Shown: one piece after another, positions 1-8,680 of the stretch
How positions within the stretch are numbered: position 1 is the stretch's first letter
Layout of the letters: each line of letters opens with the position of its first letter
Source: an uncultured virus (IMG/VR IMGVR_UViG_3300043424_000625)
Taxonomy: Duplodnaviria > Heunggongvirae > Uroviricota > Caudoviricetes
DNA length: 20,000 nt
Strand: one strand, 5' to 3'
Virus record (IMG/VR): IMGVR_UViG_3300043424_000625
Coordinates: 55,644 to 75,643 of that record
Program-made: the position numbers and the translations under genes
Notes under the pieces: model-generated
Databases searched by the model: none
Told to the model about the DNA's origin: nothing
The model's input: the letters and a program-made list of their open reading frames with translations, nothing else

Positions 1-126
1 CGCGAGTCTTTGCTCGAGCTGACCAATGCCAAGCTGCGCGCCAAGTTGGCTGAGGTCGGCGGTGGCAATGGTACAGGTCTCTCCAAGTCCCAGCTTGTCG
101 ACGCCATCCTTGAGAGGATCGCATGA
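1..126 (+). CDS. 3' end of ORF truncated by window edge; Rho-N/HeH-like helix-extension-helix motif
   Basis: Frame 1 reads RESLLELTNAKLRAKLAEVGGGNGTGLSKSQLVDAILERIA*. The pattern LxxLTxxxL...G...LSKxxLVxAIL resembles Rho N-terminal/HeH domains. The TGA overlaps the next ATG (ATGA, 123-126). Confidence 0.6.
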   Translation, partial: RESLLELTNAKLRAKLAEVGGGNGTGLSKSQLVDAILERIA

Positions 127-590
127 TCGTCCACAACATCAGTGACCGGCCGAACACCGCGTCCCTCCCGACCGCAATCTGCGTGGGCAACACTCTCATC
201 CGCCCCGGCAAGTTTTCTGAGATCCCCGAAGGGGACATCAGCGAAAAGGTCCGTAAGCTGCACGGGTCGCACCTGTGGATCGGACGCACGCTTCCTCCGA
301 AGTTCACTTCGACGAGCAAGAGTGCGCTTCGCAATCTACAGGTGACCACGACGCCGATGACGCAGGATGAGGCGCTGGCGTATCTGCGCACACTGGAGAA
401 GGAGGATCTTCTCGGGCTGTGTCAGCAGATCTCCCCTCCTCTTGTGTTCAACAAGTCGCCTGGACCGCAGATGCTGGCCATCCTGCTGTCTCGTGCGATC
501 TTCAAGGACGGCGTGCAGGTAAACCCGGAGTCCTTCTTCTGGCTTCGCCGGTGGGCCAAGCGCGGAACGGACTTTGAGGAGAGAGACTGA
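123..590 (+). CDS. Hypothetical protein (155 aa) in virion gene block
   Basis: GAGAGG upstream. Start overlaps the upstream stop and stop overlaps the downstream start (TGATG), indicating translational coupling. Confidence 0.75.
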   Translation: MIVHNISDRPNTASLPTAICVGNTLIRPGKFSEIPEGDISEKVRKLHGSHLWIGRTLPPKFTSTSKSALRNLQVTTTPMTQDEALAYLRTLEKEDLLGLCQQISPPLVFNKSPGPQMLAILLSRAIFKDGVQVNPESFFWLRRWAKRGTDFEERD

Positions 591-1090
591 TGTCCTTTGA
601 GAGCACTACAGTCATTCCCTCGGCGAGCAAGAGGATGAACGAGGTCGTGGCGATGATTCGCCTCTACCTGCGCGACTTCCCCGAACTCAATCGTCTGATC
701 TCTGGCGAGGAGACCAGCGATCGCATGATCGCGTGGGCAGTTGTGGACGCCATCGACGACTACAACTCGACTCCACCGTTCATTGGGAATGTAGGGCTCA
801 AGAACTTCCCCTCCCTCAGCATGCTGAGGGAGGCGGCAGTCATTCGCATTCTGGAATCAGTCGGACTCCTTCAGCTGCGGAACCAGATGAACTACTCGGA
901 CGGAGGAATCTCCGTCTCGGTGTCTGACAAGTCTCAGTTCTTGATGGGCTGGATTCAGATGCTCCGCAATTCCTACGAACAAAAGAAGATGCGGGTGAAG
1001 TCTTCGCTGAACGTAGAGTACGCCTTCGAAGGCGGTGGTGTAGAGTCTGAGTACTTCGTCATCAATGGCGTCTACTTCTCGAACTTCTGA
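590..1090 (+). CDS. Probable neck / head-tail adaptor-like virion protein (166 aa)
   Basis: GAGGAG upstream, coupled start. Helical protein with LRNQMNYSDGGISVS motif resembling large-phage head-completion proteins. Position upstream of the tail genes. Function is inferred. Confidence 0.55.
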   Translation: MSFESTTVIPSASKRMNEVVAMIRLYLRDFPELNRLISGEETSDRMIAWAVVDAIDDYNSTPPFIGNVGLKNFPSLSMLREAAVIRILESVGLLQLRNQMNYSDGGISVSVSDKSQFLMGWIQMLRNSYEQKKMRVKSSLNVEYAFEGGGVESEYFVINGVYFSNF

Positions 1091-1097
1091 GGCTTCC

Positions 1098-1577
1098 GTG
1101 GAAGATCTATTTACCAATCCCCATTCGGATATTCCGGACGCTCTGTGGAAGTCGGCATCTCCTATGGAGCGCCAGCTTGCTGCTGTCGAGTACTGGGCAG
1201 AGCTTCGTGGTGCTGAGAAGACGGCCAGCGCGCGCCGTCTCCATAAATTGAAGGACTTCATCAGAGACAACCGTACGATTACCGGAGCTGCTGCGTTGCT
1301 GACGGGCGTGCCTGCTGGAGTCCTCACCTACAAGGGGACTGCTCCCAACGAGTCTGGACTGACAAAACGAGAGCGTAAGAACTTGGTTACAGAGGCACAG
1401 TACAACCAGGCGGACAGTGTGGGAGATATTACGCCAGAATATAAGAAAAAGTTTCTGGAAATCAACCGGAAGATCGCAGAGCTTGAGAAGGAGAACCCGA
1501 AAGCATTTGCGGCCCTCTTTGGAACTGGTGTCGGGCTGGGGACTGCGGGCCTCATGCGATCCTCCTTGAGGAGCTAA
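1098..1577 (+). CDS. Orphan protein (159 aa) with EKTA motif and Gly/Ala-rich hydrophobic segments
   Basis: GTG at 1098, in frame with ORF 1065..1577 and preceded by GAGG. AEKTAS followed by TITGAAALLTGVPAGVLTY and a C-terminal ALFGTGVGLGTAGL. Confidence 0.7.
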   Translation: MEDLFTNPHSDIPDALWKSASPMERQLAAVEYWAELRGAEKTASARRLHKLKDFIRDNRTITGAAALLTGVPAGVLTYKGTAPNESGLTKRERKNLVTEAQYNQADSVGDITPEYKKKFLEINRKIAELEKENPKAFAALFGTGVGLGTAGLMRSSLRS

Positions 1578-1579
1578 AC

Positions 1580-2458
1580 GTGCTGCTGCTCCGTAACGAA
1601 CGCGTTGTTTCTTTCTCCATAAATTACAATGACGTGTTCTGGGAGATCGAGCCGACCACTGAGGACGTACAGCAGTACGAGTTTTATGTGGAACGCTCTG
1701 AGGCGGAGGCAGGTCCGTGGGACACGATTGCCGGCCCACTGATCGATCAGTATATGATCCGAGACAACGCGGTTCATGCAATCACCACAAACGCGCGCAC
1801 TCTTTTTTATCGGGTCCGGTGTCGACACGTTCCTACAGATCGTGTCGTCTACTCGGCGACATTTGACCGGGAAGGAAGCCCAAACATTCTAGCGACGGAG
1901 ATGATCCGACTGGAGCGGGTGCTCTTTGAAGAGTTCGTGGGGGTTCGCTGCTGGCTCTTTCCCAGACGATCGTTTGGCCAACGGTGCCCAAACTGCTATG
2001 ATTCCGTACTCGGAAAGACGGTAGATACTCGCTGCCCCACTTGTTGGGGCACTGGCTTTAGCGGGGGATACCACTACCCAACAGCCTTCTGGGCTCAGAT
2101 TGATCCCGTTCCGGAGGCGGAGCAGGTATCAAGCGAGGATCACCGTAGAGTGCAGATGGCGCAGCTTCGATGCGGACCAAGTCCGGCAATCAAGCCGTTA
2201 GATCTGGTTATAGATCATCAGAATAGACGATTTCGGGTGGTGGAGTCGGGAGGCACCTCCATGTCCGGGGTTCGTGTTCGAGCAGAGGTTAAGATGGTCC
2301 TTATCCAGAAAGGCTCTATTGAGGACAAGATTCCTTTAAAAGTGGACACATCGACGGTAGTATTATCTCCAAGACGTAATTTTCAAAATGCCCAGTCCCA
2401 GGAAGCATCCAAAGCCTCTGAGTTCGACGCATTCTCTCTGTATGGAGTACGATCATGA
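1580..2458 (+). CDS. Probable neck/head-closure protein with N-terminal beta-sandwich and C4 zinc finger (292 aa)
   Basis: GTG start with GAGGAG RBS. FN3-like pattern (WEI...YEFYVERSE...W...D...FYRVR) and CPNC-x12-CPTCWGTGFSGGY. Lies between adaptor-like and tail genes. Confidence 0.6.
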   Translation: MLLLRNERVVSFSINYNDVFWEIEPTTEDVQQYEFYVERSEAEAGPWDTIAGPLIDQYMIRDNAVHAITTNARTLFYRVRCRHVPTDRVVYSATFDREGSPNILATEMIRLERVLFEEFVGVRCWLFPRRSFGQRCPNCYDSVLGKTVDTRCPTCWGTGFSGGYHYPTAFWAQIDPVPEAEQVSSEDHRRVQMAQLRCGPSPAIKPLDLVIDHQNRRFRVVESGGTSMSGVRVRAEVKMVLIQKGSIEDKIPLKVDTSTVVLSPRRNFQNAQSQEASKASEFDAFSLYGVRS

Positions 2459-2748
2459 GTGACGAGCCAAAGAATAAAAGATCTGCGGATATTGCAGAGA
2501 TCGTGGCGCTGCCGGCACTGGCGACAGGTGCCGGTACCTTGCTTGGAGGTATTGGAGGTGGACTACTTGCTCGCGAGGCCCTGCAGACTCCGGGTGTTGT
2601 CTCTCGCCTGGCTAGAATGAGTCCCACAAAGAGAGATCGTGTGTTGGCGGCAGTCTCTGGGCTGCTGGGCAGCGCGGCAGGCACGGCTGCTGGTGTTGGG
2701 TCATTCACGCTAGCTAAGCACCTTCAAGACAAATACGAGAATTCCTAG
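2455..2748 (+). CDS. Small glycine-zipper membrane protein (97 aa)
   Basis: ATGA overlap, GGAG RBS. Two hydrophobic GxxxG-rich segments (ATGAGTLLGGIGGGLLA; VSGLLGSAAGTAAGVG). Confidence 0.7.
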   Translation: MSDEPKNKRSADIAEIVALPALATGAGTLLGGIGGGLLAREALQTPGVVSRLARMSPTKRDRVLAAVSGLLGSAAGTAAGVGSFTLAKHLQDKYENS

Positions 2749-3587
2749 TGAGCTTCGCGCATACACGACGCGCCGCACTTGAAGTAGGCAGGGGAGATGA
2801 TCCCGCTGTCTACGCGATGCGTCTGTATGTGCAATATCTTCAGGGCCTCTTTAACTGGATGCCAGCCGGAACATTCCACTGGGAACCAGACGATGAGGTT
2901 TCAGAGATTCTCATTCGAGGACAGGCTCCCCTAAATACGGAAGTAGTGGGCAAGAGACCCGCTCTCACCGTTGTGATGGGACCCTACCAGTATGCAGGTA
3001 TCGGCATCGACAACTTGCTGTCCTACAACATGAACAATGGAGCCCGAAAGAGGACAGATCTTCTTTCTGGGTACCTTGTCGTCTACACGCTCGCAGATTC
3101 TGACATCGTCGCCATGCGGCTTGCGCACCTCGTCTCACACCACACTCGCGTCAATCAGCGGCTGTTGGAGAGTCCAGGTGGGTTTTACTCTATCGCACGG
3201 CCCTCTCCTACGGTAAACTCTCCCAGTCCTCCAGGTCAGCTTGTTGTCGGCGACCCCGGGCAGCTGATCATGTGCCAGGTTAACATCCCCTTCCAACTTC
3301 AATGGACCTGGGAAACCAGTCCAAAACAGTCTGCCCAGTTCAGGTCTCTCGACCTAATCACAGGATCGAGACGCGCATCAGAGTACGAATTCACACCGGA
3401 CGAGACCATTACTTCTATACGATTGGCGATGAACACCGATGATGTCCGCGTGCGGCGCCTTGGTGGTGGTAGAATCGTCGACAGAAGTAACGGGATTCCG
3501 ACCTACCATCAGCCGGTGACTGAGACCATCCACGAAGGGATCGAAGATTTCCAAATCTCCGGTCTTGAAGACTTCCAGGACGAATAG
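2748..3587 (+). CDS. Probable tail completion / sheath-terminator-like protein (279 aa)
   Basis: GTG start overlapping the upstream TAG. Immediately precedes the sheath gene. KRPALTVV motif and alpha/beta pattern resemble tail-terminator proteins. Call rests mainly on position. Confidence 0.5.
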   Translation: MSFAHTRRAALEVGRGDDPAVYAMRLYVQYLQGLFNWMPAGTFHWEPDDEVSEILIRGQAPLNTEVVGKRPALTVVMGPYQYAGIGIDNLLSYNMNNGARKRTDLLSGYLVVYTLADSDIVAMRLAHLVSHHTRVNQRLLESPGGFYSIARPSPTVNSPSPPGQLVVGDPGQLIMCQVNIPFQLQWTWETSPKQSAQFRSLDLITGSRRASEYEFTPDETITSIRLAMNTDDVRVRRLGGGRIVDRSNGIPTYHQPVTETIHEGIEDFQISGLEDFQDE

Positions 3588-3599
3588 GAGTGACCTCCA

Positions 3600-6500
3600 A
3601 TGGCAAGTGAAAACCGCCCCGGCGTCATCGTGGTTCAGGAGCTCCGTGAGACTCCTGCTGCGGTCGCAACTCCTACCCTCAACCCGGTGGTTGTCGGCCC
3701 CTGCTACCAGATCGTGAACGCGATTGACAGCTCTGGCGCGGTCAACGGCGATGCCGAGTACACCACACAGCGGTACACGCAGACCTCTCTTGCGATCACG
3801 CAGGCCGAGTTCCCCGATCCGCGCGACAACATCGATGAGATCAACATCGACGAGTCGCAGGTCGGCGCACGCCTACTGTACGCAGGCGCACTGACCACGC
3901 TGCCGCGTGGTTCGCACGGGAGCACCGGCTCTGCCTTCCTGGCCTCTCTCAACGAGGCGCGCCGCGCAGTTGTCGTGTTCGACTCTGGGAGCACGGAGTT
4001 TGCCTTTGGGAGCACCACGCTTCTTCTAAACATCAAGGCCAACAGCCCGTCTGATGCGACGCCTACAGTCGTTCCGTTTGTGGGCACGATGTCCCCTGCG
4101 GCTGTTGCGGCAGCCCTCGCGGGCGTCCCGGGCGTCACCGTCACCGCGTACTCGGACTTGTCGGACTTCGACGCAAGCCTGAGCACGGATTCCGGCGTGG
4201 TCATCCAGAGCCGGGTGTTTGGCGCCGCGTCTTCGATCTTCGTCACCGGGAGCGCACTACCGACTCTGACGGATGGAGAAAGCTCCGCTCTCGTGGCGGC
4301 CTCGACCTACCGGATCGAGGGTTCTGGCTTCCGTGGACAAGATGACTTGGACGGAGACCTGACAACTCCGTGGATCGAGTTCCACACGGGCCAGTACCTC
4401 GTCAACGCCGCCGTCACTTCGGTTGCCTCTCCCTTCTTCCTTCAGGCGAAGGATGGGACACTTGGCGGTGTTGCACCTGCTCCGGTGTTCACCGGCTCCG
4501 GCGCGACCGTCCCGCTCAAGGCGGCGACTGCCACGACCCCGGGCGATGAGTTCTGGGCCGATGGCACTCAGGTCGGCGCAGCGGTTGTGACCGCTGTTGA
4601 GAGTGCGCGCTTCAAGCTCGGCACACTCGACTCGTCTCGGTCCACATTCGATGCGGACGGTAACCTGTCTTCTGCGGTCTACTCGACTGTCGAGGTCAGC
4701 ACGCCCTCGGCGATGGTTCCGTTCGCTCCGGTGTACGCGTACTTCATCGCGAACAATCTGGTGTGGGGGTCTGTGACTCCTGCCCCGGAAGCGGCGGAAC
4801 TGTTGGGTGATGACGGGGGCGCCCTTGCTGCCCTCCCCGCGCAGCTTCTTAGCTCGCCCTTCTCTGCCACGATCCCCGTCCTGACGGGCGGAACGCTCAC
4901 CTTCCGGATTGTGGAAGACGGCGTCACCCTGGACGACGTGACCCACACGTTCACAGCGTCTGTCGGGAGCAACCTGGCAGCCGCGGTCACCAGCCTGAAC
5001 GCCAACACTGCCCTCTCTGCCCTTACCTTCTCCCTGGGCGAAGACAGCGGCGGCGACAAGATCCTGATGGTCTCGACCGTCAAGACTGGCGCTGACCAGA
5101 GCGTAATGGTTCTTGGGACAGAGTCGACGACGGTCGTGACGACCTTCGGGTTCGCATCTGGCGACACGGCCGTTGGCGTGGATGTTGAGTACGCGGAGGT
5201 AGCGAGCGTAACCAGCACTGCGCTTGACTTTGCCGGAACGGCATCCGTGACTGTGACCGTCACCGCCGCGCTTGGAGACCTCACGCTCAGCTGGGATCTC
5301 CCGACGTTGTCTGGTTCAGGCATCGGGTCGGCCGACGAGTTTGCCGCCGCCCTTGCGGGCGAGACAGCCAGTGGCGGGACCTACCCTCTGTACTTTGAAA
5401 ACGACACGGGCCTGCAACACGTTGCAAACGTGGTCGCGGTTGGATCCCAGGTCAGATTTACACTCGTCCGTGGCGGAGCAGAGAACGACATCACGGTCGC
5501 GGTGGCAAACACTGCGCGCATGGCGTTTGGTAGCTCCGCAACCTCGGGCACGGACGCAGGCGCCGATACACTCAAGAACACGCGCCTGAAGTTCACACTG
5601 GACAGCAATCCGCATGTCTACGAGGTGGACTTTACCAGCAACTCGCTCCGTGAGGCGGTAGACGCCATCAACGAGGCAGTCGGCGGCTCTACGGACATCG
5701 CCAGCGAAGATGGACTCGCCCTTCTTCTGACCAGCGCCTTCTCGGGCGCTGCCTCGAAGATTGAGGTTGTGGACGATGCCGACGATCCGACCTCGACGGC
5801 GACGCCGGTCCTCTTCTCAACACTGACGGCTTCGGGCTCAGGCAGGCCGAACCCGAGCTTCTATGTGGATGGCGAGGGCACGGTACACATCAGCCCGCAT
5901 GTCCTCCGCAACAGGAGCACGGGTGTTCCGCTGGACCTCACCTCGAGCGGTGCGCGGGTCTACATCGACTATGTCGGTCTCCGACTGGATGTGACGTCCG
6001 CAGCCACAAATCCCGCACTCCTCACCTTCACAGACGTGGAGACGATGGACGCGGCGATTGGGCCGATCTCGACAGAGAATCCTCTGGCGCTTGCCTGCTT
6101 CCTCATGCTCCAGAACGCCCCGACACAGTCGGTGTCCGCCCTCGGCGTCAGCGCAGTGAATGACGCTGCCCCGATGGGAACGACCACGGCGCACCTGGCG
6201 GCCCTCACGTTCCTGGAGAGCAAGGACGTCTACGCCATCGCTCCGCTGACAGACGATCCGTTTGTGCAGCAGCTCTACTCGACTCACGTCGAGAGCATGA
6301 GCGCGCCGGAAGAGCGCGGCGAGCGTATCGCGATCATGTGGCAGGGTCTTCCGACTCGCGCGCAGGATACGTCGATCCTCTCGGGCTCGGATGCTCGCGT
6401 CAACGGCGCCTCCAACAGCATCACACTCGGCTCCACGCCGATTGAGGGGCTGGCGGCACTTGGGCTGGATCCTGCCGACCTCGAGATCGACGACAACGTC

Positions 6501-7370
6501 TACCTCGAACTGGTCGTCTCCCTGCTGGGAGAGACGAGCGTCTACCGCTTCTCCGTCTCTGCGGTGAACGGAACCGCGCTCACTCTGCGCAGCTCCTTCA
6601 CCTCGAGCGAGAACACAGATGGGTTCTTTGACACGCCGAGCCTTGACTGGACGGATGACGAGAACCTGAGCGACATGACCTTCGCTCTGCGTCAGCGCGG
6701 CAGCAAGCTGCTGGTCACCGGCACCTCGCTGACGGACTACGCAGCAGTCGCAGCGACCGCAGCCGCCCAGGGAGAGTCCTACAACAGCCGCCGCACCTTC
6801 CTGACCTTCAGCGGGAACGTGGACACGAGCATTGATGGCATCGTTACATCAGTGCCCGGGTACTACGCGTGCGCAGCCATCGCTGCGATGATTGGCGAGC
6901 TTCCCCCGCAGCAGCCGTTCACGCTGGTGTCGATGACGGGCTTCTCCAGGGTGTACGGCACCGACGACACCTTCAGCGAGAACCAGCTCGACACGGTTGC
7001 AGACGGCGGCCGTTACATCCTCATCAACCAGGGTGGGCGGATCGCGTCGAGACACCAGAGGTCGACAAAGAGCACGTCCATCGAGGCGCGCGAGCTATCG
7101 ATCACCAAGGCCATCGACTTCCTTGCCAAGGGACTTCGGGCCACGAACCGCGTGTACATCGGGCGCTTCGTCATCAACCCCGGCTTCATCGACCAGCTTG
7201 TCATGTCGAACGAGGGCTACCTCGCTCGCGCAGTCCAGGCCGGTGTGGTGAACTCGGCAGCACTCAACGGTGTTCTTCAGGACAGCTCCGCTCCTGATAC
7301 AGTGCTGATTGAAGTGACGGTCGCTCCGGCGTACCCCTGCAACAAGATCCGCATCACCATTGTCTCGTAA
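3600..7370 (+). CDS. Contractile tail sheath protein, unusually long (1256 aa)
   Basis: AGGAG RBS. N-terminal RPGVIVVQE. C-terminal sheath core (FT...GF...FSENQLD..ADGG...RHQRST...RELSITKAIDF...YIGR...PDTVLIEVTVAPAYPCNKIRITI). Followed by a tube-like gene. Confidence 0.88.
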   Translation: MASENRPGVIVVQELRETPAAVATPTLNPVVVGPCYQIVNAIDSSGAVNGDAEYTTQRYTQTSLAITQAEFPDPRDNIDEINIDESQVGARLLYAGALTTLPRGSHGSTGSAFLASLNEARRAVVVFDSGSTEFAFGSTTLLLNIKANSPSDATPTVVPFVGTMSPAAVAAALAGVPGVTVTAYSDLSDFDASLSTDSGVVIQSRVFGAASSIFVTGSALPTLTDGESSALVAASTYRIEGSGFRGQDDLDGDLTTPWIEFHTGQYLVNAAVTSVASPFFLQAKDGTLGGVAPAPVFTGSGATVPLKAATATTPGDEFWADGTQVGAAVVTAVESARFKLGTLDSSRSTFDADGNLSSAVYSTVEVSTPSAMVPFAPVYAYFIANNLVWGSVTPAPEAAELLGDDGGALAALPAQLLSSPFSATIPVLTGGTLTFRIVEDGVTLDDVTHTFTASVGSNLAAAVTSLNANTALSALTFSLGEDSGGDKILMVSTVKTGADQSVMVLGTESTTVVTTFGFASGDTAVGVDVEYAEVASVTSTALDFAGTASVTVTVTAALGDLTLSWDLPTLSGSGIGSADEFAAALAGETASGGTYPLYFENDTGLQHVANVVAVGSQVRFTLVRGGAENDITVAVANTARMAFGSSATSGTDAGADTLKNTRLKFTLDSNPHVYEVDFTSNSLREAVDAINEAVGGSTDIASEDGLALLLTSAFSGAASKIEVVDDADDPTSTATPVLFSTLTASGSGRPNPSFYVDGEGTVHISPHVLRNRSTGVPLDLTSSGARVYIDYVGLRLDVTSAATNPALLTFTDVETMDAAIGPISTENPLALACFLMLQNAPTQSVSALGVSAVNDAAPMGTTTAHLAALTFLESKDVYAIAPLTDDPFVQQLYSTHVESMSAPEERGERIAIMWQGLPTRAQDTSILSGSDARVNGASNSITLGSTPIEGLAALGLDPADLEIDDNVYLELVVSLLGETSVYRFSVSAVNGTALTLRSSFTSSENTDGFFDTPSLDWTDDENLSDMTFALRQRGSKLLVTGTSLTDYAAVAATAAAQGESYNSRRTFLTFSGNVDTSIDGIVTSVPGYYACAAIAAMIGELPPQQPFTLVSMTGFSRVYGTDDTFSENQLDTVADGGRYILINQGGRIASRHQRSTKSTSIEARELSITKAIDFLAKGLRATNRVYIGRFVINPGFIDQLVMSNEGYLARAVQAGVVNSAALNGVLQDSSAPDTVLIEVTVAPAYPCNKIRITIVS

Positions 7371-7380
7371 GGAGTGATCC

Positions 7381-7830
7381 ATGCCCAGCGCACCGACTTC
7401 CAAGGCCGTTCTCGCAGCACCGTCCTCTCCCTCCCGTTGGCACCAGAAGCGGCTTCACCGTCGCCTCGACGACCGTGACTCCGTCCTGGAGGCCGCGATC
7501 CAACTCGTTGAGGAGTGGGATCCTGCGGTCTTCCCGTCTATCTCGAAGGTGGCCGGCTTCGTCTACAACAAGTCCGGGGGCGCCTCCGACGTCGTGATCT
7601 CGATTGTCGGCGCCGACTTCACGGCCGACTCCTTGATCACCGTCACGCTCGGCGGAACCTCGGTCACTCCGACGAAGGACGTCGGTGCCCAGACCATCAC
7701 GCTCCCGGGCGCAGCGGTCAACGCAATCACCGACAGTGCGTCCAACCCGATTGGCACCCAGCTCATGCTGATGGTCCGGATCGACGGCGTCCTCTGTCCG
7801 CCGGTTGCGATGACTGTCATCCTGGCCTGA
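7381..7830 (+). CDS. Hypothetical virion protein with Ig/IPT-like C-terminal beta domain (149 aa)
   Basis: AAGGAG RBS. ISIVGADF...ITVTLGGT...TITLP pattern resembles IPT/TIG domains. Lies between sheath and tube genes. Confidence 0.6.
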   Translation: MPSAPTSKAVLAAPSSPSRWHQKRLHRRLDDRDSVLEAAIQLVEEWDPAVFPSISKVAGFVYNKSGGASDVVISIVGADFTADSLITVTLGGTSVTPTKDVGAQTITLPGAAVNAITDSASNPIGTQLMLMVRIDGVLCPPVAMTVILA

Positions 7831-7862
7831 TTTCTTCAATACCTTCTTAGAGGACAGCACTC

Positions 7863-8561
7863 ATGGCATCTCTCTCACAATGGTCGCCCTACGAGGACTT
7901 CGTCCAGGGCGGTATGGTCGACGGCCGGTTCATGAGCGCGGCGTACACCGTGATCTGTGCCGGCCCGCCTCGGCTTGCCAACGTGGGTGGCCCCGAGTTC
8001 CTCGGTGCTGCCCTCACCGCCGGAAGTGCGGCTGAAGACATGTTGGCCTACCCCATTGGGGTAGTCCAGAACTTCAACCTGTCGCACAACATGCAGGTCA
8101 ACCGCATCTTCGAGTTGGGCTCCGTGCGCAGCTACCACATCCCCGGCCGTGTCATGGGACAGATCGGCCTGGGTCGTGTGCTGTACCACGGGCCCTCGCT
8201 GCTGCGGGTCCTGTATGCCTACTACCAGGACATCATCCCTCCCACCTTCGTCCAGCCGGTGTTCTCGAACATCGGTGCGGCGACCGTGGCGAACCCGCAC
8301 GATGTCATCATCCCGCCTGGCTATGAGAACATCTTCCTCAACCTGGCTTCCGACTTGTTCACACAGCCGGTCGGCCTGTTGACGTTGATGAAGGATAGCA
8401 ACGAAGATACCCTCGGCGCAGGGTACTTCGAGTCCTGCTACATCCCGAACCACTCGCTGTCCACGGACGCGATGGGTACGCTCATCCAAGAGCAGTGCGC
8501 CATCCAGTTCGAGCGCATGGTCCCCGTCAACACCCAGGTCGTCGGACTGATTACCGGCTGA
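7863..8561 (+). CDS. Tail tube protein (232 aa)
   Basis: GAGGA RBS, downstream of sheath. PIGVVQNFNLSHNMQVNRIFELGS...IPG...LGRV and YFESCYI...LIQEQCAIQFER patterns resemble contractile tail tube proteins. Confidence 0.75.
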   Translation: MASLSQWSPYEDFVQGGMVDGRFMSAAYTVICAGPPRLANVGGPEFLGAALTAGSAAEDMLAYPIGVVQNFNLSHNMQVNRIFELGSVRSYHIPGRVMGQIGLGRVLYHGPSLLRVLYAYYQDIIPPTFVQPVFSNIGAATVANPHDVIIPPGYENIFLNLASDLFTQPVGLLTLMKDSNEDTLGAGYFESCYIPNHSLSTDAMGTLIQEQCAIQFERMVPVNTQVVGLITG

Positions 8562-8562
8562 G

Positions 8563-8680
8563 GACTTCCGGTAGGTAAGATCGTAGGCTATGAAAAGCCC
8601 CTGTGGGATGCAGTCTTCAGGCAAAAGAGGCCAACCTCGCAACCCGTAGAAAGTGTCCCGTACGATCTTCCTGCCGAGTC
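8563..8680 (+). ncRNA. Candidate structured RNA: ~20-bp closing stem enclosing three hairpins
   Basis: AAGATCGTA (8577-8585) pairs with TACGATCTT (8661-8669), CGGTAGG (8569-8575) with CCTGCCG (8670-8676, one G-U), and GACT (8563-8566) with AGTC (8677-8680). Internal hairpins at 8586-8599, 8600-8621 and 8627-8638. Confidence 0.45.

Noticed and set aside
3704..7403. Many 60-230 aa alternative-frame and antisense ORFs inside the sheath gene
   Set aside because: Expected from high GC3 codon bias; low-complexity Arg/Ser/Ala translations.
3600..8561. Bacterial eCIS, tailocin or T6SS locus rather than phage
   Set aside because: Neck-like genes, dense orphan ORFs, ParB and a stand-alone topoisomerase subunit fit a large phage better. 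Not fully excluded, since no capsid or terminase is in the window.
8588..8655. Hammerhead ribozyme or retron msr-msd interpretation of the post-tube structure
   Set aside because: The CUGAUGA core is absent (CUAUGAA only), and no reverse transcriptase is present in the window.
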